Position numbers and translations under genes: made by a program | NCBI RefSeq assembly: GCF_023055435.1 | Contig: NW_025964361.1 | Coordinates: 32,860,001-32,924,000 of the forward strand | Length of the DNA: 64,000 nucleotides | Reading direction: 5' to 3' | Source: Haliotis rufescens | Taxonomy: Eukaryota | Notes under the pieces: model-generated | What the model saw: the letters and a program-made list of their open reading frames with translations, nothing else | Databases searched by the model: none | Told to the model about the DNA's origin: nothing | In this document: piece after piece, positions 53,101 to 63,536 of the stretch | Layout: every line of letters starts with the position of its first letter | Position numbering within the stretch: the stretch's first letter is position 1

Positions 53101-54290
53101 CATGAATACTCCATTCATACACGTATACTGAACCCAGCCAACCAGTCTATATTTTATCCCCTTAATGCCGAGTTCCAGGAATGGTAACACCAAAAACCAT
53201 CATATAATGACTTTTGGAATGATGTGGTTGGGGATCGATCCACCATCCCTTCCGCTCTCAGGGCAGATGCTCTGTCAACTAGACCATGCTGTCTCAAGAA
53301 AGCTGAAGTGATGCTTCATGGAATATTAGACACTTCATCAATTCCAAGGGGTTCTTGCACTGATTGCTTTACCTTTATGATATTCTGTGCGTGTTGATTC
53401 TGAAATCAAATTTGTATTTACATATTTTAAGGTTATTTTTCACAGCTTTACAGGTCTGAAAAATTAAATTTAAAAAAATTGATATAGATGAACAAAGGAT
53501 AAGGTCTGAAGTCTCTCCACATGTTCCTATGTTAATATGAACCCACAATGATTTCTTTTAACAATTCAACAAGTTTATTCCATATAAGCTGCATGTTCAT
53601 GAGTAATGTACATGACTATCAATAAACAGGAAGAAACGGTTTACAGTGTTGAAGAGAGATATTCAACAACAGAGGCATGTTTTGCCTGGATAATGTACAC
53701 AGGAAACACACATCTTAAACAACTCCCTAGCACCAGCCTAATGATGTGATGCTATTTTCCTAACTACTCACTTTATTAGCATAACTAGGGTTGTAGTTGT
53801 AGGGTTGTTTGTTTATCAATTGTCGGCTCTCATATCCTATGCTGAAAATACACTGCATATCTGACTGCAGTATATTCAATATATCTAGTTTGACAGGAAA
53901 GGAAGTGTTTAAATATAAACACTATAAAGTGCTTTAAGAACATACATTTTTTTGTGTCAGCTTTTGACAAATGAGTTTGGTTAAGCCCAGGAATTTTGTT
54001 TTTTTTGGTTTAAGTAGAATGAACATCCAGCTTCACCCAACCAGTGAAGATAATGGTCTAATCTTTGCATGGAGCATCATTCAATCACTGTTTTAACAAT
54101 AAGTGACATAGACAATTTCAAACACTTGCTCTCATCACTCACTGCCTTTTATGACACGAATGTTTTGTGTGTGTTCCAGGCCGGTGGTGCCAGGTATCCT
54201 CCGAAGCCCTACATAGTTGATCTGATCCACGAGCCAGGCAAACTCCTGCCAGTCAACACTCCCGAGGCTGTCAGCTACCAGAAGTTGTAA
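26087..54290 (+). CDS. ARMC3: Armadillo repeat-containing protein 3 (ARM repeats + C-terminal EDR1-like domain); 21 coding exons, 2661 nt, 886 aa
   Basis: Exons joined by hand, all GT-AG and phase-consistent: 26087-26134, 26810-26927, 27787-27912, 28373-28444, 28756-28931, 29776-29902, 30074-30213, 30844-30982, 31423-31539, 33307-33459, 33804-33912, 36049-36225, 37153-37225, 37777-37913, 38823-38947, 39750-39888, 42501-42605, 48613-48822, 49492-49654, 50680-50775, 54180-54290. The translation (MGKKVKEDKKAPPEDVFDTILVESRQAATVVLMLNSPEE...YVAEKMGG...FSWEL...HRALLFKTLADRIAVGCSLTRGEYNRAWNEV...YIVDLIHEPGKL) is collinear with vertebrate ARMC3 as I recall it. Confidence 0.95.
26401..26751. mobile_element. 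PIF/Harbinger (Tourist-like) MITE in ARMC3 intron
   Basis: TIR GGGAWCGGTCATTTATTAT, TTA on both sides. Confidence 0.8.
26810..26927 (+). CDS. ARMC3: ARMC3 coding exon 2 (FDTILVESRQAATVVLMLNSPEEDVQSKACEAIYKFVNK)
   Basis: tttag / GTAAGA, phase 0-1. Confidence 0.93.
27245..27775. repeat. 42/43-bp intronic minisatellite (about 12 copies)
   Basis: Unit GACAGATAYAGCACTTTGTCGGGAAGGTATTGCACTGTGTTT. Confidence 0.95.
27787..27912 (+). CDS. ARMC3: ARMC3 coding exon 3 (EENKKTLLDLNAIDPLLRL...GVMCAH)
   Basis: tttag / GTAAGT, phase 1-1. Confidence 0.93.
28373..28444 (+). CDS. ARMC3: ARMC3 coding exon 4 (DVRKLLRKRDDSIAAFVNLLQPE)
   Basis: ttccttcag / GTAAGA, phase 1-1. Confidence 0.92.
28756..28931 (+). 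CDS. ARMC3: ARMC3 coding exon 5 (DTVVHEFSALAL...DPDVQKNAIEALAQMLL)
   Basis: ccccag / GTTAGT, phase 1-0. Confidence 0.93.
29140..29326 (+). mobile_element. SINE-like family B copy
   Basis: GTCGTAAGAGGCGACTAACGGGATC...GGAATATTGCTGAG...AAACAACAAAC. Confidence 0.8.
29776..29902 (+). CDS. ARMC3: ARMC3 coding exon 6 (DYQTRGALREYDGLQPMLDLLKSEY...)
   Basis: tgtag / GTGGGT, phase 0-1. Confidence 0.92.
30074..30213 (+). CDS. ARMC3: ARMC3 coding exon 7 (ENRASLRELEAISHLIKFL...EDVESLE)
   Basis: ttgtag / GTAGGT, phase 1-0. Confidence 0.93.
30283..30440 (+). mobile_element. tRNA(Asp-like) SINE, diverged
   Basis: Homology to the 14928 copy; ACTC tail. Confidence 0.7.
30844..30982 (+). CDS. ARMC3: ARMC3 coding exon 8 (QIKETGGLKRLVAII...KKSAKGE)
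   Basis: atccag / GTCAGT, phase 0-1. Confidence 0.9.
31423..31539 (+). CDS. ARMC3: ARMC3 coding exon 9 (KKVIEEKDEQ...TLPDVKMSAARAIARSARS)
   Basis: tgcag / GTCAGT, phase 1-1. Confidence 0.9.
31620..33105. repeat. 30-bp (27-bp variant) intronic minisatellite (about 50 copies)
   Basis: Unit GTGTCATCATGCCCTGATGGTGTGGACTGT. Confidence 0.97.
33307..33459 (+). CDS. ARMC3: ARMC3 coding exon 10 (ENRKILHEQEAEKMLIHLL...DSIREW)
   Basis: ttttcag / GTCAGT, phase 1-1. Confidence 0.93.
33804..33912 (+). CDS. ARMC3: ARMC3 coding exon 11 (GLAPLIRLLNSESGDVKESVTLALTNLTTANSTNC)
   Basis: ttacag / GTCAGT, phase 1-2. Confidence 0.93.
34801..35965. mobile_element. Non-autonomous TIR element with 9-bp TSD and tandemly amplified right end
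   Basis: Left TIR CATCTTCCCAAGGCAAGGGAGTTAACTGAC; its reverse complement occurs in every 60-bp repeat unit; TSD GATGAAAGA / GATGACAGA. Confidence 0.8.
35251..35970. repeat. 60-bp tandem repeat, 12 near-identical copies
   Basis: Unit CATGAGTGGAAACTRGACTTCTATAGTCAGTTAAGTCCCTTGCCTTGGCAAGATGGATGA. Confidence 0.98.
36049..36225 (+). CDS. ARMC3: ARMC3 coding exon 12 (EMMNLNGLDPLIQLL...IDPLKT)
   Basis: ttccag / GTAGGG, phase 2-2. Confidence 0.93.
36275..36535 (+). mobile_element. Diverged tRNA-headed SINE, fourth family
   Basis: Homologous in reverse orientation to 52595-53287 and to a fragment at about 20200-20370. Confidence 0.6.
36847..37021. mobile_element. Tigger/pogo-like MITE
   Basis: TIR CAGTAAACTACGKTTATAACRAAC, TA TSD. 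Confidence 0.88.
37153..37225 (+). CDS. ARMC3: ARMC3 coding exon 13 (NTNVQSKAALALAAFVCDADARTE)
   Basis: tttcag / GTGAGA, phase 2-0. Confidence 0.93.
37777..37913 (+). CDS. ARMC3: ARMC3 coding exon 14 (LRVSGGVEPLIVLLHSGNDEVRRNTSWA...ICKL)
   Basis: ttcttcaag (AAG acceptor) / GTGAGA, phase 0-2. Confidence 0.9.
38823..38947 (+). CDS. ARMC3: ARMC3 coding exon 15 (GLEVLQQIQ...NLSAKYALSGHL)
   Basis: ttccag / GTACAC, phase 2-1. Confidence 0.92.
39750..39888 (+). CDS. ARMC3: ARMC3 coding exon 16 (SGNLIEDGFFDAGQ...LLINSKQ)
   Basis: ctgtag / GTGAGT, phase 1-2. Confidence 0.92.
40737..40862 (+). CDS. ARMC3: Putative alternative ARMC3 linker exon A (KVEVKESPPPPSSEPDSETDSQQSPGHGNRRLSWKSILKK)
   Basis: Acceptor tctcag ends 40736; open 126-nt phase 2-2 frame; weak donor GTATTG at 40863 (or read-through to TGA 40867-40869); paralogous to 44924-45046. 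Confidence 0.6.
41434..41641 (+). mobile_element. tRNA(Leu/Ser-like)-headed SINE
   Basis: TGGCCGAGTCG A box, GGTTCAAATCC B box, (ACTC)n tail, TSD TCATCTCTCTG at 41423-41433 and 41642-41652. Confidence 0.85.
41745..42138. mobile_element. MITE with perfect 18-bp TIR and 6-bp TSD
   Basis: TIR CAGAGCTCCAGATAAGCT; AACAAT on both sides. Confidence 0.88.
42501..42605 (+). CDS. ARMC3: ARMC3 coding exon 17, low-complexity linker (PSPPPRQEDNEALKADSSKTSVSGKSSRTGRETK)
   Basis: cctag / GTGAGT, phase 2-2, GC-rich against AT-rich intron. Confidence 0.85.
44924..45046 (+). CDS. ARMC3: Putative alternative ARMC3 linker exon C (REEVNEPMSPTEQEAEPEHENRHKKSAPPKRLSWKTIIKK)
   Basis: Branch-like ACTAAT 44902; acceptor tgcag ends 44923; open 123-nt phase 2-2 frame; donor GTATTG at 45047 (or TGA 45051-45053). 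Confidence 0.6.
47205..48610. repeat. 23-bp pyrimidine-rich intronic minisatellite (about 60 copies)
   Basis: Unit TACATAACCCTGTACCCCTCTCC; runs directly into the splice acceptor at 48612. Confidence 0.97.
48613..48822 (+). CDS. ARMC3: ARMC3 coding exon 18 (RTKAQREREEKQKEEE...PADPALYKYMEDV...VVALA)
   Basis: ccacag / GTACGT, phase 2-2. Confidence 0.92.
49492..49654 (+). CDS. ARMC3: ARMC3 coding exon 19, EDR1-like domain (YVAEKMGG...HRALLFK)
   Basis: ggcag / GTGAGA, phase 2-0. Confidence 0.94.
49706..49845 (+). mobile_element. tRNA(Asp-like) SINE, diverged
   Basis: GGGTAGCCTGGTGGTTAGAGC head, homologous body. Confidence 0.7.
50680..50775 (+). CDS. ARMC3: ARMC3 coding exon 20 (TLADRIAVGCSLTRGEYNRAWNEVMLPEEDEV)
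   Basis: ttgcag / GTAATG, phase 0-0. Confidence 0.94.
50845..51063 (-). mobile_element. SINE-like family B copy whose head seeds the adjacent tandem array
   Basis: ATTCCAGCTG...GAGTCTGGACC...AACCAAGTCA...CCTGACCA homology. Confidence 0.8.
51005..52356. repeat. 72-bp tandem repeat (about 19 copies) derived from the family B head
   Basis: Unit CCTCTTACGACCAGTATAGGTTACTGGGAACCAATTGTAACCCAGGATTTCCACGGCTTCCCAACTTAGTCR. Confidence 0.96.
52667..53083. mobile_element. MITE with about 58-bp TIRs and 9-bp TSD, nested inside a SINE
   Basis: TIR YAATCTCAT..TCAGAYCTTAGTTCTCGCTA..GCTAAACAAAGATC; TSD AGCATGTTG at 52658-52666 and 53084-53092. Confidence 0.9.
54180..54290 (+). CDS. ARMC3: ARMC3 last coding exon (AGGARYPPKPYIVDLIHEPGKLLPVNTPEAVSYQKL*)
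   Basis: ttccag acceptor; TAA 54288-54290. Confidence 0.93.
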   Translation, partial: AGGARYPPKPYIVDLIHEPGKLLPVNTPEAVSYQKL

Positions 54291-55134
54291 CTGTTGACAG
54301 TCACTGATTGGTTTCACACCTCCCACTTGCCAGCCAGAAGCTACTAGGGGGGCAACTGCTCATTGAATTCTCTTTGCTTTTTTTGTCTTGATAACTTAAT
54401 GTTTGTAAATCAGTTGCAGACCTCACCTGTTAGATACTATAGGAGTCTGTATCAGGTTTGAGAATAATTTGATATTTTTTTCATCCCTGTTATCTTTTGG
54501 AAAATTAGACGAAGGATCAGGAATGGGATGTTCTAAGATTTGGTGGACTGTTAAGATTAGCATCATTATATAAATCATGTTCACTCTGTAAATGATATTT
54601 ATAGCATCTTTTTATGATAAGAGTCATTATATGAAAATCATGTTCACTTTGTAAAAGATAATACAATCATCAACATAATCAAATTTCACACATTTCAATT
54701 GTGATATGTGGATAGACATTGAATCAAGGGATTGTATTGAGGCAGATATCAGGAATGGAGGTGGGGGGGGGAGCTATTGTGAATGATTTGCCAAAATTAT
54801 GTTGACATGATAATCAATTATCCGAAGATGATTCTGTTGTGATATGAGTGTGATGTAGAGGTACCACATGGTTCTTCATCTTTGCTCTGCATCGCTTCGG
54901 ACAGTTGAGGTCAATCAGCAGTCTGTGATATATGTCATGATTTAGATGTAACAATATTGTACATAAAACAAGCATTACTATAACTACACATGTCTGTGCC
55001 AGTGGGTTTTGTCAACATGTTGCTATATGTAAATACTGGAAGTATAAAGTGTTTTGTGATAACCTGTGTATAGTGAACTCCAGCTTGTTGAAAATCCGTC
55101 CAATTGTCATTGTGTACATATAGAAATTGAAATG

Positions 55135-55175
55135 ATTAAATATAAATTCTTGAAGCTTTGTTGTTGTTGTTTTCT
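55135..55175 (+). terminator. Probable ARMC3 polyadenylation signal
   Basis: ATTAAA 55135-55140 followed about 18 nt later by a (TTG)n/T-rich downstream element; about 850 nt after the stop. Confidence 0.55.
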
Positions 55176-56149
55176 CATGCAAATATTATCCAAGATCACA
55201 AAGTTGATGCAACTCTGATGACCCTAAACTGAGATGTTGACCCTCACCTTTTAGCTCACCTGACTGTCATGGCCTCTTTGTCTGTCGTCCAGGGGACTCA
55301 ATCCTAAATATCTTCTCAGGAACTACTATATTAATGAAGCTAAAATTTCCCATACTTGTTCCAACCAATGGTCACACCAAGCAAGAACCAAACTGACTTT
55401 ATAGTGCCAAGTTTTAGTCAGCGTGATAAAGTTTGAGATTGTGCTTCTGTTGACATTTTCAATTATTGAAAAAATAAAATAAGGACTTGGACTGTGCCTG
55501 AACAAATATATTAATGATCATTCCATTTATTCTGTAGAACTTTACTAATATACCATATATTTAGTGTAGTACCTCAAATAAAATCAGAGCAATGCATTTG
55601 AGAAATGTATGTTCTTGTGGCATGGAGTCTGACTGACTGACTGACCTTCAAATCAGGGCTTGTGAGCTGGTTTTGTTGTTATACCTACCAAGGAATGTGT
55701 ACACACAACAATAATACATGTTAGAGGTGTAAAATAGCAACTTTAAGGCAACTGAATTGAGATAACTGTGGAGAATATTGAATGTACTGATACTTTCCCT
55801 TGTAAGCCTGATGACATTTGAGTACTAACATCAGCATTAGGTGGAAACCAATGTTTATGATCTATATTCTGAATGTAAGGAATTCTATGTGTCTCAGTGC
55901 ACCACCTCTAGACTTGGGTATGGATACCATGGTATGTCATTGACCACTCAGGTGAGGCCGACTGTGTATTACAACGGCCACCCAGCTCGTCTGCAGTGAC
56001 AGATCTAGAGGTCTACAACAGCATCCCTTACAAAAACAGCAATTGCAGGATTGCGAAGGAGATCTGACCAGATAGTCTTCCTGAGGAATATCTCGGAGCC
56101 AGTTGGCATGTCAGATGTGTTTTTGACGCAACAACATCGTCAACTGAGA

Positions 56150-56700
56150 CATCAGCAGTGTCAATCACACAATATATTGCCTAACCAGCAATGGAGAACT
56201 GTTTAGTTCAGTGAGTCAATATTTATGGTTCTAGTTCATAGGAGAACCAGAATGTACTGACGCTATGAACTGCATACGGGAGGGACAGTTTTAACGGTGG
56301 CAGCTAATGATATGGGCAGAATTCTATCACACTGGTAGAACCCCCCCCCAAAAAAACTTGGTAAATGAGGAAGGCAATGTAAGGGCATATTGCTATTGTA
56401 ATCCTACAGCCGCACGTTGTTCCAATCATCAACCAAGTTCATATTTCAACAGGTCAATGATAGACCGCGTAAGAGCTGCATTCCCACGTAACCACAATGT
56501 ACAGGTTCTCGCGTGGCCGTCGGAATCGCCAGCTTGGAACCTGATAGAAAACTTATCGGCATGCAGTACTTGACGCTAATGGTGGCCACACAAGATGTAT
56601 ATATGCATGACCATGACATTTGTCCTGTATGTCGACACTCATCAAGTGTTTAGATGTGCATTGATTACTTCCTACAACAAACATCTGGTTGAGCGTTTCT
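56150..56700 (+). pseudogene. Degenerate Tc1-family transposase remnant
   Basis: Translation includes MIWA... and VQVLAWPSESPAWNLIENL, matching the Tc1 WPxxSPDLNPIENLW motif; no long intact ORF; boundaries approximate. Confidence 0.65.
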
Positions 56701-57718
56701 TTGAATAATTACAAGTATTGTGAAATCAGCTTTTCTGTTGGTATTATAATACGGTAAATCTCGGCCAGGTTAAAACTCCTAATACTTGTCTTTTGCCTGG
56801 CGTGTGATTTGTTCTGATTGATAAAACTGCCATTGTTCACCAGTGATGGTCGGCGGGATGGACTGATCTGAATTACAGGTGGGTATCTACAGCGCCAACT
56901 ATATATTCCGTGCGTGCGTAAGTGAGTGAGTGAGTGTGTGAGTGAGTGAGCGAGACTGTGTGTGCGTGGGTGCCTGCGTGCGTGCGGGTGTGTGTAGGAC
57001 GAATTTGGCGTATTAGCCAAAACATAAAGCACTGACGCCGCTAGCACACATGTTAAACTAATGATCGAATGATGTTAAACACCCGTCGCATATAAAAAGA
57101 CGGTAGTAATGCATGGTGTTATGATTCTTAATTGTAAACAACTAAGAAACCATCAATTTACAGCAGATACCAACAATGATGTGTATTTGAGTTCCGGTTT
57201 TCGTCCATTTCAATTTCGCCGACTCAGATGATAAAATTGATTTTTAGTTAACGTCCATATGTGAATCAACTCACAGGAAAGCCCGATGTACATCGACAGT
57301 ACATAAGCTTGATTGTTAAAAGGGTGCATACGTCTGACAGAAACCCCTGATACCATTCCTGGAGGGCATTCACACACGTCGTGAAGTGAGCTTCCTCTTT
57401 GATTCAAATAGATATTGCTTGGGAAAGGGTGTTGGGTGAAGAAGAATCGTTGAAGTAGGGAACCCTAGAGAGTGACATTGTCGCGTTGTCGCACTGTTGC
57501 CCTTACAAAAACAAGCAAATAGTGTCGAAATTAACCAAGATCTGAGAATGCGGCAACGCGACATTTGTAACAAACATTTGTCGTATTGTCGCTCTTTGAA
57601 AATTTTTTTTTTACTTATACCTTGCGACAGTGAGACAACGTGGCAATGTCCCTTGTAGGATTCCATTAAGTGGGAAACACTGACTGAAAACATACTCTGT
57701 CTCCCCTCCTTTACCCTC

Positions 57719-57805
57719 CACACACACCCACACACACACACACACACACACACCCCCCGCCCCCCCCCCCCCCGCCCCCCCACACACACACCCCACCCAC
57801 CCCTC
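57719..57805. repeat. (CA)n / poly-C microsatellite
   Basis: Seen directly. Confidence 0.9.
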
Positions 57806-58068
57806 ATACTATGGAAATTCGTCAGTAAGACAGCAGCTGAAGTTTGGAGTACCACAAGGATCTGAGTTAGGACCTATCCTTTTCACAGTATATACCCTGC
57901 CAGTCGGACACAACGCACTGAGTCATAACCTACAATACCAACTATATGCAGACGTGTGGCTCCAAGCTATATCTAACCTTCAAACCAAAGTGTGGTCTGT
58001 CCACCAGAAATACCTACACAACTGTAATGAGTTTGTGGATAGCATCAGAGAATGGATGGCAACGCAAC

Positions 58069-58347
58069 GAGTGAGTGGGTTTAACACCGCTTTTAACAGT
58101 ATTCCAGTTATATCGCAGTTATATCGCGGCGTGTCAGCTTAATGTGGGAGGAAAGCCCAAAGTGATGCAGGTCTCAGACGTTTACAACTTCGGTGAAAAC
58201 GAGCACGGGTATGGTGCTGACAAACCTAGAAATATAATCGGGGCGAACCGGGATTCTAACCCACAATCAGAGGTTTCTGGCGTAGCCAAGGGACACAACT
58301 CTGCACGGCGAATCGTGGCGCCATAGACGACTAGGCCACTCATGCCC
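58069..58347 (-). mobile_element. tRNA(Leu/Ser-like) SINE
   Basis: Homologous to the 41434 and 63126 copies. Confidence 0.8.
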
Positions 58348-58349
58348 AT

Positions 58350-58915
58350 CATGGATCCGCTCTACAGCTTGGACAAGCATATCACAGTCATATGCAAATG
58401 TGCATATTACCATATCGGACAAATCAGGAAATATGTAAACGTCGAGGCTTCAAAAATGTTGATCCAAGCTTTTGTCATCTCCAGGTTGGATTATTGTGAA
58501 TCTCTCCTCTATGGCCTCCTCCCACGGAATGATGCAGAAAAAACTACGGCGTGTTCAGAATACAGCTGCAAGAATTCTGACAAGAACACCTGAGAGAGAA
58601 CACATCACTCCAATATTGACTGAACTACACTGGTTTACAAGGCAATGTATAGTTTGGCTCCTGCATTCTTACAGGAACTGATAGTACCATACAACCATGC
58701 ACATTCTCTCCTATCAATATATCAACATCTGCTAGTGGTGCCAAAGACATGTACCAAAACAGATGGCGATAGGTCATTTCAACACTTTCTCTTTAAAAAG
58801 ACACTCAAAATCTGTCTCTTAAAGAGATCCTTTGACCAGATCAATCATGCTCTAAACGCATTTGAGCAGTTGTTAATTGGAAAATGCGCTATTCAAATTC
58901 TTTATTCTTAATTAA
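58350..58915 (+). mobile_element. 5'-truncated L2/CR1-group LINE, RT C-terminal region (frameshifted)
   Basis: LIQAFVISRLDYCESLLYGL then, after a frameshift, KLRRVQNTAARILT...HITPILTELHW; typical L2/CR1-group ORF2 C-terminal motifs. Confidence 0.88.
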
Positions 58916-59369
58916 TGGTCGTTTTTTAATATGCTTCACCCAATAACCTTCCTCGCTAAGTGCACGAATCAGTTTAAATCCTTATTGTCAATAACAGTTT
59001 CCTAGCTACTAATGACAGGTAATTCATGTTAAGGCTGCAAACATCTGACATTATTGAATTCCAATTATTTCTTCAACAATTATTTTTTAACTTACTTATT
59101 AGTTGTTCGGGATTGATAGACTGTTTGATCGGGGACAGTTGGCTACCCGAGCCCCAAGTGGTACTGTCAGACAACGTGAGCGTTCTTTAAAGTCAATAGC
59201 ATTGCATAAAAAAGTAAGCGTTTGTAAATCGGATGATAGTTGATCAGAAAAGAATACGTTTACAATGCAACCACGATGACATGCAGGGATGAAATGTAGA
59301 AGAAGGAATAAAGCAGAGGAATGGACGGAAAAGAGGGTAGAGAATGCATGAAAGTGTGTATGTGGTAGG

Positions 59370-59530
59370 AGTAAGTGAGTATGGTTTTACGCCGATTTTA
59401 TCAACATGACATCAATATCACAGCGGGGAACACCAGAAATGGGCTTCACACATGTACCCATGTGGGGAGTCGAACCAGGGTCTACGGTGTGACAAGCGAA
59501 CGCTTTGACCACTTGGCTACTCTACCGCCC
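59370..59530 (-). mobile_element. tRNA(Asp-like) SINE
   Basis: Homologous to 17693-17827. Confidence 0.8.
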
Positions 59531-59929
59531 CAGTATGGGGAAGGAATTAACGAAGAAATAACTGTGGGTTGTATCAGACACGCACTAAGTCAAACTGGTT
59601 TATATCTCGGAATATTGTTTGTTGTTCAACACATCAGTATTACAGCTGTGTGACTGTGTCCTATAGCTAATCGTGTCTGGGTCAGACAAACCAGTGATTG
59701 ATGTTATGGGGAAAGATCCACGCCGTCGGGGTAGGATGATATGCAATCAACCGAGCCGGATTCCCCGACCCGTTTCACCCCGTAAGACAAGCATGCGTAA
59801 TAGAGAAATCAGGAGAACGTGTTCATGCTACTTCAAGAATCAAAGGATTCCCGTACTTAAACCATATTATGATTGATATATAATTTTGCATAATAACATT
59901 AAGTTGCATCAGTTTTACTTGTTTACTTT

Positions 59930-60880
59930 TAGGGTTCCCTGGATTCCCTTGGATTGCTTTGAATTTCCAGCATGCTTTGGTTGCTTTGGATTCCCTCTTT
60001 GGTTGCCTTGGGTTGCTTTGGATTGCCTTCGATTGCTTTGGAATGCTTTGGAATGCTTTGGATTCCCTTCGGTTGCTTTGGGTTTAGTTGAGTTGCCTTA
60101 AGTTTCCTTGGATTCTTTTGGATTGCTTTGGATTTCCTGGGTTGCTTTGGATTCTTTTGGATTCCTTTGGATTGCCTTATTTTGGATCCCCTTGAATTGC
60201 TGTGGGCTGCTTAGGGTGGTTGCAGATTACCCTGGGTTGCTTTAACTTGACTTTTATGTCCACTTTGTATTGCTTGGAATTGATGTGGGTAGCTTAGGGT
60301 GGTTGTAGATTGCCTTGGGTTGCTTTAACTTGACTTTTATGTTCACTTTGTATTGCTTGGAATTGCTGTGGGTTGCTTAGGGTGGTTGTAGATTGCCTTG
60401 GGTTGCTTTAACTTGACTTTTATGTTCACTTTGTATTGCTTGGAATTGCTGTGGGTAGCTTAGGGTGGTTGTAGATTGCCTTGGGTTGCTTTAACTTGAC
60501 TTTTATGTTCACTTTGTATTGCTTGGAATTGCTGTGGGTAGCTTAGGGTGGTTGTAGATTGCCTTGGGTTGCTTTAACTTGACTTCAGTGTTCACTTTGT
60601 ATTGCTTGGAATTGCTGTGGATAGCTTAGGGTGGTTGTAGATTGCCTTGGGTTGCTTTAACTTGACTTTTATGTTCACTTTGTATTGCTTGGAATTGCTG
60701 TGGGTAGCTTAGGGTGGTTGTAGATTGCCTTGGGTTGCTTTAACTTGACTTTTATGTTCACTTTGTATTGCTTGGAATTGCTGTGGGTAGCTTAGGGTGG
60801 TTGTAGATTGCCTTGGGTTGCTTTAACTTGCCTTCAGTGTTCACTTTGTATTGCTTGGAATTGTTGTGGGTAGCTTTCGA
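59930..60880. repeat. Degenerate 10-bp repeat grading into an 83-bp tandem repeat (about 8 copies, 60198-60875)
   Basis: GGATTGCTTT-like decamers, then a period of 83 (starts 60198, 60281, 60364...). Confidence 0.93.
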
Positions 60881-63125
60881 AGGATTGCTTCGTATTGCCA
60901 AAATGGCGAAAATAACGTTGTTCATAGTCTCTTTAGATTAGAAAGCTTTGCCATTCTGTAAAATAACGAGTGCAAGCATATGCGACCTGTCGACCTGTTA
61001 TATCAGATAGGTTATGAGACAAATTACCTGAACACTTTAACCAGTCATATTTGACAGCTTCCTGTTTCTTCTGACAGCGTAGCACACTGCGACGAAGTAA
61101 TTGTTATTGGCTTCTGTTGGATTTTGATAAATTGCAACAAACAACTGAGTCAAACAGCAAGTTGAGGGACACCTGTTGTTGGAGTGCCGATCTGATCTAT
61201 GACTATCTCTTGTGCTTACTATATACACGCGGGGTCGGGTAATGACATACATATGTATGACTTAATTTAGTATCATGAAATACTGAAGTTTAAAATAATG
61301 TATCCCAAACGACTAGATTGCAAAACATTCTCAGTTTCTAACGTATTAGTATTTTCCCAGCTGCTGTGTATGTAAATATTGGCGTCATTGATGCTTGAGG
61401 AGGTGCGTCAAACCTGCTCGCACTTTACATAATGACATAATTAAATGTGTATATTTGTTCAACCATACCAAATATCATATGGTGTTATCAAATAATTGAG
61501 ATTTTGTTATTTACCTAGTTTTGAAGTAGCTCATATGCCGGAATAGATAAAAAATATAATATTACCGGAATGATACTTTGATTTAATTAACAGTTATTTG
61601 CTACATCTTGTTATAGTCAGTCATACGATGAGTTACTAAACGTAGATATGAAGGTTTTGAACAGGTTTTATGGAAAAAGGCTTTCAGGAGCAGGGGAAAT
61701 ATTATATATAAATCTGAATATGGATTCCTAATCGCCTAATATTTATACCAATGTTATTATATCTGACACTGTACAATGTCATAATGTAGACCTCGGAGGA
61801 ATTCCTATTGCCCGGTCAGGGTAGATGTATCACTAGTATCTGTTTCCATTAACTCTCGGTACATTGTACGAAGATTTAGAAAAATGTGACCTTAATGACG
61901 TTGTGTCGTGTCCGATAACAATAAGTGACCCGTTTTGGTTTTCTAGGAAACATCAATACGGGCCTTAAAATATTGTGGTCTTTGAGGGTTCTGGTTTGTT
62001 TTATTGTGTATCCAATAACGCGCCCCGCTGTGTATTGGTGTGGAACATCACTAAAGAGTCCGTTCTTCAGTTCCCTTTGTCCATGCTGTGATTTCAGAAA
62101 ACTTGAACCACGGGTGAGTGTCTGCTGCATGATAAACCCGTGCCTCTGAATTAATGGATGTCAAAGGCGTCCGTTCAATTAGGGCAGTATTTACCCTTTC
62201 CGTGTCAAGCATCATTTTAGTGATAGGGGCATTGAGTGGTCGACTTCCCTTTGGTAAACGATATCAGAACAATTTGATAGCTCAGAAATATGCATCAACA
62301 TTTGCATCCCCATCAATACAAATTTTGAAACTAAAATAAATCTCTAGGGACAAAAGTAACATTTGTGTGAAATAAATAAAAAATATTACGTTTCGGGTTT
62401 TTAATGCACCCAACATCTATCATTGTAGACGTAAAACAACGTGTCCATACATTCACCATAACCTGTGATAACTTAACTGAAATTTTAATTTGTAGGTGTG
62501 CAAATTGAAAGAAAAGGGCTCAAATTTGTTTGATTTGTAAAATCTTAAATCTGGAAAGTGGTAATTGGTAATGACGAGTAGTAGTGGTTATTTTTTTAAC
62601 AGCACATACAATTGGCAGTTACATGGAAGACGATGTGGCGACAACATAGTTAAAGACACTTGTATGAAAGCACTGGCGTTCTCTAAGTCTCTGGTCTGAA
62701 TTAATCCTGAAATTAAGGATAGGTGGTGTTTGAGATATCCTTAACTTGAACCTCCCTTTTATGACCCCAGTGTTACAGAATGTTCAACATTGATTCAGGT
62801 AATATTGCTAGTCTTCATGTTTGCTACGCATTATGTTGCTGTAATATTGTTGCTTGTTTGGACATGGGATCGTGAAATCCAAATTTCTAGTAACGTATTA
62901 TTAAGTTATTTGTTATATGCTTCTGTTAAATAATGTTAATAAATCAACAGAAATGTTATATGATTGTTGAACATACAGATATATCTATCAATCACATAAT
63001 CTGGAAGATGAGGCCCCGCGCCATGACCATTCGTTTGCAAAGACAATATAGATATTAAACAAATCAGACCAGGAAGTCATTGTATTTGTCATTGCATGCC
63101 TGTGCATAAGTCCGTTGAAATGTCA

Positions 63126-63340
63126 AGTGAGTGAGTTGCGTTTAACGTCCCTTTGTACAGTATCCCAGTTATATGACAGCGTGACAGCTCGATGTGGGAG
63201 GAAAGCCCGAAGTAATGCAGGTCTCAGACGTTTACCACTTTGGTGAAGCCCGCGATCATGGGTATGGTCCTGACAAACCTAGGACCTTAATGAGGGCGAA
63301 TAGAACCCCGGTAAGAGGATTCTGGCATGCCCACGGGCAG
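63126..63340 (-). mobile_element. tRNA(Leu/Ser-like) SINE, head truncated
   Basis: Homologous to 58069-58347. Confidence 0.75.
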
Positions 63341-63349
63341 TATGCGGCA

Positions 63350-63536
63350 TAGACTAACATTTAGTCTTGGAAATCTTATATTACACAATATCCTTTTTGA
63401 CTCTAAAAATATATAAAAAATTCCCTATGCTGTGGAATAGAGATAGCTTGAGCTGACTAGACTTGCTTTTGTATGTATTTCTTGATTATTATTTTTTCAT
63501 AAAATAAATATATTCCACGGTCATGGTGCAGGACTA
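63350..63536. mobile_element. Short non-autonomous element with TAG..CTA termini and 9-bp TSD (copy 2)
   Basis: TSD TATGCGGCA at 63341-63349 and 63537-63545. Confidence 0.85.

Noticed and set aside
10761-55815. Hammerhead ribozyme cores at scattered CTGATGA sites
   Set aside because: I saw none followed by a stem II and GAAA in the right arrangement (by eye only).
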